NCBI GenBank assembly: GCA_046726415.1
Contig: JBKPAK010000291.1
Coordinates: 1-23,870 of the forward strand
DNA length: 23,870 nt
Reading direction: 5' to 3'
From: Candidatus Methylomirabilota bacterium
Lineage (GTDB): Bacteria; Methylomirabilota; Methylomirabilia; Rokubacteriales; CSP1-6
This document shows positions 1-9,497 of the stretch, piece by piece. Under the pieces are notes generated by a model that did not search any database, was not told the DNA's origin, and was given only the letters and a program-made list of their open reading frames with translations. The translations under genes and the position numbers were made by a program. Numbering within the stretch: position 1 is the first letter of the stretch; each line of letters opens with the position of its first letter.

Positions 1-559
1 CACTGAGGGCGTGGATGTCAAACTGCCCGAGAAATGATCGGCTGGTCCGATCGCTCTTCGCCTGGCAGCTTCGGCAGGCCGCTTCTCTATCGAACGATAT
101 AGCAAAAACTACCTTTCGACGAATGTTCCGAAGAGGCGCGCAGCAGTAGTTTTGCTGCACGCAATGTAACGCTCGGCGGAGCGAGTCGGCGAATCCAGAG
201 TCGCCAGGCTAGACAAAGCATTGCTGGGAAGTAGACGTCAATCGTCAGAGCCGGAGGGGACCAGGTCCCATGCGTTTGGAACACCCTCAGAAGGTCCTCG
301 AGATGCATTCAATGCGACGCTATGGTGTCCCACTCGTCGCTCGTTCAAGGCAAGGGCATGGCCTTCCCAAGCGATTGTCAGTCGTCAGGCGCTGTGAGTT
401 CCCCATTGGCTACGCAACTTACCGGACGACTAGCTACAACCTCCTGGTGTTCTTCGGGCTGGACGGTCCCGCCGGAGCTACGAGGACATTGGCATTCGGG
501 CCCGCCCAGCCATACGGCCAGGCATGCGATCACCTCTTCAATGAGGCAGGAGGACACCG

Positions 560-838
560 ATGACACACCACAGAACGATTCCTCGACGGGTCATCGCGAT
601 CGTGGGTATCAGCTTGGGGCTCGCCCTCTGGCACCTGCCGGTCTATGCCGAGCCGGGACAGCCACCCATCTGGGAACGCCCAGCGTGGAAAATGCCCGGG
701 AAAGCGCTGGACAAGCTCCCGGGGGTCCAAGCGTGGGTGGAGGCGCACCACTGGTCGGGCAAGAGTGTGAAGCCTTCTTACGGACGCAGTGTGGGGAAGA
801 ACACTCGCTATTCTGCCTCAACACCTCAGAAGGAGTAG
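560..838 (+). CDS. Small hypothetical exported protein (92 aa)
   Basis: SD AGGAGG before ATG 560; N-terminus RRVIAIVGISLGLALWHLPVYA resembles a Sec signal peptide; no family recognised. Confidence 0.5.
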   Translation: MTHHRTIPRRVIAIVGISLGLALWHLPVYAEPGQPPIWERPAWKMPGKALDKLPGVQAWVEAHHWSGKSVKPSYGRSVGKNTRYSASTPQKE

Positions 839-940
839 GACATGAGGTAGAAAGATGGACCGTCGCCAGCGCCGTCGTGACGCTTTTCGCGGGTCTGCTC
901 GAACACTGCCGCCGTATCGCCAGACGAGGAGGGGTTGGAG

Positions 941-1708
941 ATGAGCATCCGGAAGCGGCATCAGGCAAGGCTCATGGGAATCGTGGCGCTGATGGTGGGG
1001 CTCCTCGGCACGGCAGGCGCTGCCCTCGCGGCCCCGCGGGGCAATCTGGGCAATCCTGGCGTCTTGCCGCCGAACTCCTCGCCTCACGGCAAGACCTATG
1101 GGGAGTGGGGCGGGGAATTCTGGAGATGGCAGTTTTCGCTCCCGGTGGATCACAACCCAATCTTCGACACCGCGGATTGCAGTGAGGGACAGTCCGGTCA
1201 AGTTTGGTTCCTGGGAGGCACCACCACCACCACTGAGATCGGGCCGGGCATCATCCTGGGACAGGTCACCCGCGAGTGCACGGTCCCCGTGGGCACAGCA
1301 CTCTTTTTCCCGCTTGCGAACACCGAGTGCTCGACGGTGGAGGGCAACGGCACGACGGAAGCGGAGCTACGGGAGTGCGCCAATTTCTTCGCGAACTTCA
1401 TTGCCGATCTGTCCGCCGAGCTGGATGGCCGGTCTCTCCAGAACCTCGCCGAGTATCGGGCCGCATCACCGCTGTACACCTTCGGGCCGCTTCCGGACAA
1501 CAATGTCCTCCAGCTCTTCGGGGTCGACGCTCCTCCTGGCACCATAAGTCCCTCTGTCAGTGACGGAGTCCACGTGATGCTGGCGCCGCTGTCCAGGGGC
1601 GAACACACCCTCCACTTCCACGCAGTCATCGATCTTTCGTCGATCGGCGGGCCCACGTTCATCCAGGACATCACGTATAACCTGTCTGTGGTGCCGCTCG
1701 GACCCTAA
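941..1708 (+). CDS. Secreted hypothetical protein (P-x-G-x-TYGEW...WxW / GxVWFLxG family), paralog 1
   Basis: SD GAGGAGGGG at 926-934; signal peptide ending ALA; PHGKTYGEWGGEFWRWQFS, GQVWFLGG and DGVHVMLAPLSRGEHTL blocks shared with the downstream paralog. Confidence 0.85.
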   Translation: MSIRKRHQARLMGIVALMVGLLGTAGAALAAPRGNLGNPGVLPPNSSPHGKTYGEWGGEFWRWQFSLPVDHNPIFDTADCSEGQSGQVWFLGGTTTTTEIGPGIILGQVTRECTVPVGTALFFPLANTECSTVEGNGTTEAELRECANFFANFIADLSAELDGRSLQNLAEYRAASPLYTFGPLPDNNVLQLFGVDAPPGTISPSVSDGVHVMLAPLSRGEHTLHFHAVIDLSSIGGPTFIQDITYNLSVVPLGP

Positions 1709-1917
1709 AGGGGCGCCGCGTTGAGGTCTTCGCAAGTGTGGAGAGGATGAAGTGGCGGCGTTCGCCCTCGGAAGGGCAGGACGAATATGGCACGTGAAGC
1801 TCTCCGCAGACTTCTGGTGCTTACAATTCCTCTGAAGGCACTCCGTGACCTGAACGTCTATTTATCCGTGACCGCAGACTTAGATGAGCACCTTGTGGGA
1901 TAAGGGGGAGCACACTC

Positions 1918-2601
1918 ATTAACGTCGACCAAAGTGTTTGGCGCAGAGTCATTGCCGTTCTACTGGTCGTACTAGGGTCGCTGGTCGCGCCGGCGATACC
2001 GGTAGCCAGCGCGGACCCGAACGCGAAAGTCTTTCCTCTCGACGCCAGCCCCTACGGAAATACTTATGGAGAGTGGACCGCACAATGGTGGCAATGGCTT
2101 ATGTCCATACCCGAGGCGACGAACCCAAACCTCGATACCACCGGCGCACACTGTGCAATAGGACAGGCAGGGCCGGTCTGGTTCTTGGCAGGTTCCTTTG
2201 GTGCGTCCTTCGCGCGCGCCTGCACGATACCCGGTGGCAGGGCCTTGCTCTTGCCTCTGCCAAACGCCCTTGCCAGAGCAGGAGCATTCGATTGCGAGCC
2301 CACTGGCCCTGGACCCTGTAACATAAACGCGTTGCGCGCCGTCGCCGCCGGGCTAGTTGGTAGTGTCATGGCGCTCGAGGTGACCGTCGATGGCCACTCG
2401 ATGAAAAACTTGGGAGTGTACAGAGTGCAGTCGCTCGTCTTTGCTCTTACCTATCCTCAAGGGGCAGTCTTTGGGCTACCTAGCGGAACATTCACGCCAA
2501 ATCTGGCTGACGGTTATTGGCTGCTGCTTGCCCCACTCTCTACCGGGTCCCACACTATCTCCGTCGGCGGGGGGACGTATCACCTCAGCGTCTCACCATA
2601 G
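1918..2601 (+). CDS. Secreted hypothetical protein, paralog 2; probable ATT start at 1918
   Basis: Frame of ORF 2101..2601 is open back to TGA 1885-1887 and encodes a signal peptide (WRRVIAVLLVVLGSLVAPAIPVASA) plus PYGNTYGEWTAQWWQWL; SD AAGGGGGAG 1902-1910 lies 7 nt before ATT. Confidence 0.75.
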   Translation: MNVDQSVWRRVIAVLLVVLGSLVAPAIPVASADPNAKVFPLDASPYGNTYGEWTAQWWQWLMSIPEATNPNLDTTGAHCAIGQAGPVWFLAGSFGASFARACTIPGGRALLLPLPNALARAGAFDCEPTGPGPCNINALRAVAAGLVGSVMALEVTVDGHSMKNLGVYRVQSLVFALTYPQGAVFGLPSGTFTPNLADGYWLLLAPLSTGSHTISVGGGTYHLSVSP

Positions 2602-2935
2602 GCCTCGCAAGGGGTTGCTGGCCGATGTGACCTCGAAGAGCCGAACGTGGACGAGCATGCAGATCACACGGCGCCGTCTTGCGATTGCCTGATGCGCGGC
2701 GGTAGCGCGCGAACGGCAGGCCGCAACGCGAGCAAGCCAGCCCATCGTAGAGTGTCCAGTCCATGGTCCTATCCCTCCACCGTGACGGTGACGACAGACG
2801 GACGTCATAGCTGAGTTCGTGCATGGATTCGACGACATGGCCCACACCGGACCACGAGTCCAGCCAGCCGCGCAGCATGCGCGCCTCCGGCACGGTCTCG
2901 GGACACTGCGCGGCGACCAGAGCCGTGGTGAGCAT
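2585..2935 (-). CDS. Hypothetical protein, possibly degenerate
   Basis: Protein-like segment LRGWLDSWSGVGHVVESMHELSYDVRL directly downstream of the S74 ORF; second SD+ATG (MDWTLY..CSRC) inside; no firm family call. Confidence 0.3.
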   Translation of the reverse strand: MLTTALVAAQCPETVPEARMLRGWLDSWSGVGHVVESMHELSYDVRLSSPSRWRDRTMDWTLYDGLACSRCGLPFARYRRASGNRKTAPCDLHARPRSALRGHIGQQPLARPMVRR

Positions 2936-2946
2936 CGAGCGGTCGC

Positions 2947-3375
2947 TCAGTCTCTGACTGCTGCCCGTCCACCGATGAGCGCACGCACCTGTGCCCGTAG
3001 CTCGTCAAGCTCTTGCTGCTGGGCATCTAGGCGGGCCGCCTGAGTGTCCAAGCGAACTGCCTGCTCGCGCTCTCGGGTTACGTGCGCGGCGAGTTGTCTC
3101 TGCTGCCGCTGCAGCTCGTTCAGCAGCATGGCCGGGAGCACGTGGTAACGCACGCCCGTCGGCTCTCCCTGAGCGTTCGTGGTCACAAGCTCCGGGTAGA
3201 TCTCGGCGACCTCCTCAGCGATCAGGCCGTACTGCGCCAGGCGTGCGCCGTCGTCGTGCTCGGGCTTATAGCGGAAGGTCACGGGGCGGAGCTTCAGGAC
3301 TCCGTCACTCGCCACGCCCACGACGGGCGCTGGCCAGGTCGGGACCGTTGATGATGGCGCAAAACGGCGAGACAT
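2947..3375 (-). pseudogene. Orphan peptidase S74 / intramolecular chaperone domain of a tail-fibre-like protein, 5'-truncated
   Basis: LKLRPVTFRYK...QYGLIAEEVAEIYPELV...GVRYHVLPAMLLNELQ plus coiled-coil tail; no passenger domain upstream and no S-x-x-x-x-K cleavage motif. Confidence 0.75.
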
Positions 3376-3559
3376 CGAGCCGGTCGATGGCGAGGACCGC
3401 CGCGCGCTCGGATGGCGTGAGGTCGTCGAGGGGGGTCATGGCAACCGCCATCCATCCCGGCGCAGGTAGTCGCGACGGAAGTTCAGGAGCGACTCAGGAT
3501 GACTTCCGAGTTCGTTCCACACCAATTGCCCGAAGGCGCCAGGTCGACCAATCGCAGCC

Positions 3560-4193
3560 TCAGCCTTGTGCCACAGCCTCAGCCAGGGCAGCATTCTTTT
3601 CTTCGGTAACACGGCGTAAAGCGACGTACAGATTGGCCAGAGGCTCTTTGAGGCTTTCGCGTAGTGCTGGCATCAGCTCAGCGCGCAGATCCTCATGAAG
3701 AGCCGCATGCTCACGCTCCACGGCAATGAGGTCCCCACACGCCGCCATCTCCTGGTCGCGCAGTTGTGGCAGCTCACGACGCGCTTTCCAGGCCTCGGCG
3801 AGATCAATTTGAACGGGGCCATCTACCATGTGGTCACACAGCCGGCGGGCGGCGGTAATACGACTTTGGATCTTTGGATCTCTTCAACCTGGGCTCTCGC
3901 ACGCGCCACTCGCTGCGGGACCTCGAGGCGCCGTGGGTGATTGCCCCAGGATGGTGTAGCCGTTTGGTCCTTCTTCGTCGAGAACATCACGATCCCGCTC
4001 CCCACTTTGGACGCGGAGGCTTCCACCCCTCGTCGACTCTGCCGGTGATAGACATGATTCCCTCTCGCATGTGGGTACGCACAGCCTCGCCAACGAAGGT
4101 GCCAACTGCTCGGACGAGATCGCCTTCGTCGACGACGAACTTGGGCGAGGAGCGGCGGGGGTTGAAAAGTGGGTCCCAGCTATCAATCACCAC
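3560..4193 (-). other. Chain of 2-3 short coupled hypothetical ORFs (3987-4193, 3823-3987, 3560-3829), possibly mobile-element derived
   Basis: Stop/start overlaps (TGATG at 3985-3989; ATGGTAG at 3823-3829); helical-looking product; no recognisable motif. Confidence 0.3.
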
Positions 4194-4566
4194 ACGATGT
4201 CATCGCGACCAGAGAGCGACCGCCGAGGCACGCCGGCCTTGAACGGGCAATCATTGCCCTGACGGCATCGATCGTTCGCCTCGTCTGCCTGCAATGGGCA
4301 CAAGGCGCGCGGACATTCGGTTTTGCCACGAGTTGCCATTGGAAGATTCCTTCCGGGCCCTGACCACAGACCCATACTCGGTAATGCCTTCACACAATCG
4401 CCATTCGCCGGAACGGCCACCAAAGTGGTAACCAGGATACCCCGCCCCGCTCACAGGGTAATACTGTTAGCGTGGCCGGGCTGACCGCGAGTCGGGCCCG
4501 GTTTCTCGCGGACTTGGCAGGGGCGTCCGGTGACCCGGCGCCCTTGGTTACCCAGCCCCTGGATAT

Positions 4567-4722
4567 TCACCGGCCGTCGCCCTTCGGCCCCGGATCCGTG
4601 GGGCCCGGTTCGGCCGGGTCGAGCACGCGGTCGGCGGGGCTCGTAACGCCTCCAGGTCCGCGGTTGAGGACGTGGGTGTAGATCATCGTGGTGCTCACGT
4701 CCTTGTGACTGAGCAGCTCCCG
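4567..4722 (-). pseudogene. intI: 3' remnant of an integron integrase
   Basis: [33 protein letters not shown] matches the IntI C-terminus ([22 protein letters not shown]..GVxSPxD); the rest of the gene is absent. Confidence 0.85.
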
Positions 4723-4818
4723 TAGCGGGGGGCGGGCGGCAAGCGCCACCCGCTGACGCGCGGGGGAGCGGCGACTTCTGAGAAGGCGAGCTTTATGTCG
4801 CTTACGCTCCCAGGGCGC

Positions 4819-4847
4819 TTGACGTAGGCCGGCGGGGCCGCGATGCT
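4819..4847 (+). promoter_or_regulatory. Putative sigma70 promoter of the ABC operon
   Basis: TTGACG-17 bp-GATGCT upstream of SD AAGGAG and GTG 4871. Confidence 0.4.
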
Positions 4848-4870
4848 GGTGCGCGGGAAAGGAGCTCATC

Positions 4871-5878
4871 GTGAGACGAATCCTCGCCGTCGCGCTCGCT
4901 GCCCTCGTGCTGGCCGCCCCTGCCGTCATCGCCCAGACCGATCCGGTGCGCACGCCTCTGCCCGCGCCGGTCAAGGTCAAGCTCGGGATGACCAACGTGC
5001 CGGCGCTCTCGCCGCTGTGGCTCCTGCCCGAGTACGCGGCCAAGTACAACATCACCATGGAGCAGGTGATGTTCCAGCGCTTCGCGGACGCGCGCACCGC
5101 GCTCGCCTCCGGCGACATCGACATCACCGCGTTCGGACCGCAAGATATCTCGCTCGCCCTCGGCCAGGGCACCCGGACCTTGGTGGGCGTGGCCGGCGTT
5201 GGCTCCGGGAACGACTGCCTCATCGTGCGCAAGGGCGAGGACATCAAGGACTGGAAGGCCCTGAGCACCAAGGCCATCGGCGTGGGCGCGGGCTCGATCT
5301 CGTGGCTGAAGTTCGCCGCCTCAACTCAGGAGAACGGCGTCGACTACAGCAAGCTCAAGGTCGTCAACATCATGGGCGGCGGCGGCAACTACCTGAAGGC
5401 GCTCCAGGCCAAAGAGATAGACATGGCCGTGGTGTGGCAGCCCTTCTGCGCCCAGGGCATCCTCGACGGCGTGGCCCAGTACCCCACCATCGACCACAAC
5501 AAGTCCAGGACGGTGGGCGGGCTCATCGCCGTGCTCGCCGTGAACCGCACGTTCATGGAGAAGAATCGGGACGCCGTGCAGCGCCTGGTTGCCGCCTACG
5601 TCGACGTCCTCAAATACGCCCAGGCCAACGCGGACAAGTGGGCGAAGATCTACTCGGAGAGGGCCGGGCTTCCCGAAGCGGTGGCCGTCGAGTCCGTGCG
5701 CATCACCCGCCTCGATCCCGTCTTGCCCCTGGAGTCGATCAAGCGCATCAGCAAGTACCTCTCCGACAACGGCGTCATCGCGCGCGACGTGACCGCGGAT
5801 CTGCCCCAGTCGCACACCTACGAGTTCCTCAGCAAGGCCACCGGCAAGTCGGCCGTAGAGCTCGGCCAGAACCAGTAG
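4871..5878 (+). CDS. ABC transporter substrate-binding protein, SsuA/TauA/NitT family
   Basis: Signal peptide; [34 protein letters not shown] motifs; first gene of SBP-permease-ATPase operon. Confidence 0.9.
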   Translation: MRRILAVALAALVLAAPAVIAQTDPVRTPLPAPVKVKLGMTNVPALSPLWLLPEYAAKYNITMEQVMFQRFADARTALASGDIDITAFGPQDISLALGQGTRTLVGVAGVGSGNDCLIVRKGEDIKDWKALSTKAIGVGAGSISWLKFAASTQENGVDYSKLKVVNIMGGGGNYLKALQAKEIDMAVVWQPFCAQGILDGVAQYPTIDHNKSRTVGGLIAVLAVNRTFMEKNRDAVQRLVAAYVDVLKYAQANADKWAKIYSERAGLPEAVAVESVRITRLDPVLPLESIKRISKYLSDNGVIARDVTADLPQSHTYEFLSKATGKSAVELGQNQ

Positions 5879-5882
5879 CGCC

Positions 5883-6734
5883 GTGGCGAGGCCGGCGGTC
5901 ACGCAGGAGAGCAACCCCGCCCCCGCCGCGGGCGGGGAAGCCTTCGCGTGGCGTGTGCCCTGGTTCATCTTCCTGCCCCTGGGCTTCCTCGTGCTGTGGA
6001 CGGTGGCCGTCAATCAGCGCTGGGTGACCGAGGGCATCGTGCCCTCGCCCATGCAGGTGGTCCGCTCCTGGTACAAGTGGATCTTCGGTGGGCCGGGGGT
6101 CGGGCTCTCGCCCTATTCCGGCACGTGGGTAGCGAACGTGCTCTACTCGGCGCGGCGGGTGATCGAGGGGTTCCTCATCGCCGCCGCCGTCGGCATCCCG
6201 CTCGGGCTCTTCATCGGCTGGAATCGCCTGGTGGCCCGGGTGGTCGATCCGTCGATCCAGCTCCTGCGTCCGGTGCCCATCACGGCCTGGCTGCCCTTTG
6301 CGATCGCCGTGTTTGGCATTTACGACACCAGCGCGCTGTTTCTCATCGGGCTCGGCGCCTTCTACCCCATCGTGGTCAATACCACCCACGGCGTGCGCGA
6401 CACCAATCTCTTGCTGCTGCGGGCGGCCCGCATGCTCGGCGCGGGACCGCGGACGATCCTGACCAAGGTCGTTTTTCCCTCCGCGCTGCCGTCGATCTTC
6501 ACCGGGCTGCGCCTGGGCATCGGGGTCGCGTGGACGGCGGTGATCGTGGCGGAGATGATCGCGGTGAAGTCCGGCCTCGGCTACGTGCTGTGGGACGCCT
6601 ACTATGTCGGCCGCATGGATATCTGCGTGGCCACCATGTTCTCGGTCGGTCTGCTCGGCTTCGTCTCCGATCGCGCCATCCAGCTCATCGCGCGCTGGGT
6701 GCTGCGCTGGCGCACCCTGGAGGCCGTGGCGTGA
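5883..6734 (+). CDS. ABC transporter permease, SsuC/TauC family
   Basis: VPSPMQV, LLRPVPITAWLP, EAA-like loop RAARMLGA, IVAEMIAVKSGLGY. Confidence 0.92.
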   Translation: MARPAVTQESNPAPAAGGEAFAWRVPWFIFLPLGFLVLWTVAVNQRWVTEGIVPSPMQVVRSWYKWIFGGPGVGLSPYSGTWVANVLYSARRVIEGFLIAAAVGIPLGLFIGWNRLVARVVDPSIQLLRPVPITAWLPFAIAVFGIYDTSALFLIGLGAFYPIVVNTTHGVRDTNLLLLRAARMLGAGPRTILTKVVFPSALPSIFTGLRLGIGVAWTAVIVAEMIAVKSGLGYVLWDAYYVGRMDICVATMFSVGLLGFVSDRAIQLIARWVLRWRTLEAVA

Positions 6735-7507
6735 CGGTCCAGCTCATCGACGTCTGGAAGGAATTCGTCAAGCATGGGCGTCGCGTGGAGGCGCTCCAGG
6801 CCGTGGATGTCGAGATCGAGCGCAAGGAGTTCGCCGCGCTCCTCGGCCCCTCCGGCTGCGGCAAGTCCACGCTTCTCAACATGGTGGCGGGCTTCGATGC
6901 GCCGACGCGGGGCCGTGCCCTCTTCAACGGCGAGCCCGTGCTCGCCCCCGATCCTCGCCGGGGCGTGGTCTTCCAGGAGCCCGCCCTCTTCCCCTGGTAC
7001 ACGGTGCGCGACAATGTCACCTTCGGCCCGCGCAACCGTCGCCTCAAGGCCGCCGACTACGAACCCGAGGTAAGGACGTACCTCGAGCAGGTCGGCCTCA
7101 CCGGCTTCGAGTCGCACTACCCCGCTGAGCTCTCTGGAGGGATGAAGCAGCGCGTGGGCATCGCGCGCGTCCTGGTGATGGAGCCGGAGGTGCTGCTGAT
7201 GGACGAGCCGTTCGGCAGCCTGGACGCCCAGACGCGCGCGGTCATGCAGGAGCTGCTGCTCGCGGTGTGGGAGCGCCACCACCAGACTGTTCTCTTCGTC
7301 ACCCACGACATCGAAGAGGCGCTGCTCCTGGCCGACACCGTCTACGTGATGACGGCCCGCCCAGGGCGGATCAAGAAGCGCCTCGTCGTCGATCTGTCCC
7401 GGCCTCGCGTGCTGGAGGTGACCACGTCGCCGTACTTCAACGAGCTCAAGCGCGAGGTGCTGGCGCTGATCCGCGAGGAGAGCATGCGGGCGGCCAGCGA
7501 GCGCTAG
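6731..7507 (+). CDS. ABC transporter ATP-binding protein, SsuB/TauB family
   Basis: GTG 6731 overlaps permease TGA; Walker A GPSGCGKS, LSGGMKQR, Walker B LLMDEPF, VTHD, MTARPGRI. Confidence 0.93.
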   Translation: MTVQLIDVWKEFVKHGRRVEALQAVDVEIERKEFAALLGPSGCGKSTLLNMVAGFDAPTRGRALFNGEPVLAPDPRRGVVFQEPALFPWYTVRDNVTFGPRNRRLKAADYEPEVRTYLEQVGLTGFESHYPAELSGGMKQRVGIARVLVMEPEVLLMDEPFGSLDAQTRAVMQELLLAVWERHHQTVLFVTHDIEEALLLADTVYVMTARPGRIKKRLVVDLSRPRVLEVTTSPYFNELKREVLALIREESMRAASER

Positions 7508-7641
7508 GCGATCCGGTGGCGGGAAGCTTCGCCGACCGTCGCTTGCCGGAGAGTATTTCGACGCGCTAAAGTTCTGCCACGACTGGGTGGCACCGATCCG
7601 TCGGCCGTTCATCACTGATTCGTGACGGGAAGGAGACACGC

Positions 7642-8934
7642 ATGACCAGGTCGACTCGCCCAGACGCCACGATGGAGGAAGTCGCCGGAAACGGGTTGTT
7701 GCATCGCCGCATTTTCCTGACCCGGGGCGTCGCCCTGATCGGCGCCGCGGGCCTCACCGGGCTCTCGCCGACCTCGGTGGCGGCGACGGATCCTCCGAAC
7801 ATCCCGCCGTGGATGCAATCGCCCGGAGCGGGAATGAGCGAGTACGGAGCCCCGGCGAAGTACGAAGACCAGGTCAAGCGCGTCGGGATCGCGTCCCAGC
7901 CGGGCACGACCGGAAGCGGCGCGTCCCGCACGCCGCTCGAGAGGCTCAACGGCACGATTACGCCGAGCGGCTTGCACTTCGAACGTCACCACGGCGGTGT
8001 GCCGGACATCGATCCGAGCGCTCACCGCTTACTCGTTCACGGTCTGGTGAAGCGGCCTTTGGTGTTCACGATAAACGCGCTCATGCGCTACCCGATGATG
8101 TCACGCATCCAGTTCATCGAGTGCTCGGGCAACAGCCGACCGATGCTGAGCCCGGCGCCACCCGGGGGCTCCTGTGGAGCCATCCACGGCCTCGTGTCGT
8201 GCAGCGAGTGGACGGGCGTGCCGCTCGCGGTTCTGTTGGAGGAGGCGGGAGCCGACCGCGGCGCGCAGTGGCTCCTGGCCGAGGGCGCCGACGCGGCGGC
8301 GATGAGCCGGAGCGTGCCCATGGCGAAGGCGATGGACGACGCCATGCTCGCGCTCTACCAGAACGGCGAGCGGCTCCGGCCGGAGAACGGCTATCCGGTC
8401 CGCCTGTTCCTGCCGGGCTACGAGGGCAACATGAGCGTCAAGTGGCTGCGGCGAATCCAGGTCACCGCCCGCCCCACGATGACCAAGGACGAGACGTCGA
8501 AGTACACCGATCTCCTCGCCAGTGGCAAGTCGCTGATGTTCACGTATCCCATGGAGGTGAAGTCCGTCATCACCGCCCCGTCGCCGGGGCTCGCCCTGCA
8601 GGGGCCCGGGCTCTACGAGATCTCGGGGCTCGCCTGGTCGGGCGCCGGAACGATCGTGAAGGTGGAAGTGTCCGCCGACGGCGGCCGGACCTGGGGCGAA
8701 GCGGCGCTGGCGGAGCCGGTGCTGGCGAAGGCCCTGACGCGTTTCCGCATGGCGTGGCGGTGGAACGGCGGCCCTGCCGTACTCAAGAGCCGCGCGAGCG
8801 ACGAGACGGGCGCGATCCAGCCGACGCGCGACACGCTCGTGGCTGACAAGGGCACCCAGTTCCTATACCACTACAATGCCATCCAGGCCTGGAGCGTGTC
8901 GCCGAACGGCGAGGTGAAGAATGTGTACGCGTAG
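7642..8934 (+). CDS. soxC: Periplasmic sulfite-oxidase-family molybdoenzyme (SoxC/SorA-like sulfite dehydrogenase)
   Basis: SD AAGGAG; Tat motif RRIFL; TPSGLHFERHHGGVP, Mo-ligating ECSGN, GYPVRL, SVKWL, VEVSADGGRTW. Confidence 0.9.
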   Translation: MTRSTRPDATMEEVAGNGLLHRRIFLTRGVALIGAAGLTGLSPTSVAATDPPNIPPWMQSPGAGMSEYGAPAKYEDQVKRVGIASQPGTTGSGASRTPLERLNGTITPSGLHFERHHGGVPDIDPSAHRLLVHGLVKRPLVFTINALMRYPMMSRIQFIECSGNSRPMLSPAPPGGSCGAIHGLVSCSEWTGVPLAVLLEEAGADRGAQWLLAEGADAAAMSRSVPMAKAMDDAMLALYQNGERLRPENGYPVRLFLPGYEGNMSVKWLRRIQVTARPTMTKDETSKYTDLLASGKSLMFTYPMEVKSVITAPSPGLALQGPGLYEISGLAWSGAGTIVKVEVSADGGRTWGEAALAEPVLAKALTRFRMAWRWNGGPAVLKSRASDETGAIQPTRDTLVADKGTQFLYHYNAIQAWSVSPNGEVKNVYA

Positions 8935-9460
8935 CCTGACCGCACTGGCGGGCCTCGGCCTCACGGTGGTGCTGATCGCGAGCGCGCGCGCCGCGGACAG
9001 TCCCCACCTCGGCCGCGAGGCCACGGCCGCCGAGATCGCCGGCTGGGACATCAGCATCCCGCCCGACGGACGCGGTTTGCCGCCGGGCGCAGGGAGCGCG
9101 GCCGCGGGTGCCGCGGTCTACGCCAGCAAGTGCCAGTCCTGTCACGGCGAGAAGGGTGGGGGTCAGCCGAACGACCGCCTGGTCGGCGGAGACGGCACGC
9201 TCGGGGGCCCGGCGCCGGTGCGGACCGTCGGAAGCTACTGGCCTTACGCGACCACCGTCTTCGACTATGTGCGGCGAGCGATGCCCTACCAGGCGCCGCA
9301 GTCGCTGACCAACGACGAGGTGTATGCGGTGACGGCCTATCTGCTCCACCTGAACGGCGTCATCGTCGAGGCTGACGTGATGAACGCGCAGACGCTCCCG
9401 CAGGTGAAGATGCCCAACCGCGACAACTTCATCCTAGCCTACCCGGCGCGCTCGCGGTAG
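8921..9460 (+). CDS. Monoheme cytochrome c, SoxD-like partner
   Basis: Overlaps soxC 3' end; signal peptide; WDISIPPDGRGLPPGAG, CQSCH, TVGSYWPYATTVFDYVRRAMP, VKMPNRDNF. Confidence 0.88.
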   Translation: MCTRSLTALAGLGLTVVLIASARAADSPHLGREATAAEIAGWDISIPPDGRGLPPGAGSAAAGAAVYASKCQSCHGEKGGGQPNDRLVGGDGTLGGPAPVRTVGSYWPYATTVFDYVRRAMPYQAPQSLTNDEVYAVTAYLLHLNGVIVEADVMNAQTLPQVKMPNRDNFILAYPARSR

Positions 9461-9497
9461 GCGCGAACCGCGCCGGCGGCGCGCGCGAGCGTTGCCA

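Noticed and set aside
60..160. c-di-GMP-I riboswitch-like words and the inverted repeat AGCAAAAACTAC/GTAGTTTTGCT
   Set aside because: Conserved riboswitch elements are not in the right order; the repeat alone supports no call.
842..905. SD + ATG AGG TAG with a signal-peptide-like stretch in another frame
   Set aside because: Too short to tell a gene relic from chance.
560..2700. Integron cassette array formed by the small genes near intI
   Set aside because: No convincing RYYYAAC...GTTRRRY attC hairpins after the genes, and they lie downstream of intI rather than on the usual attI side.
4567..5277. 236-aa minus-strand ORF as a full integrase
   Set aside because: Only the last ~50 codons are IntI-like; the rest is antisense to the SBP gene.
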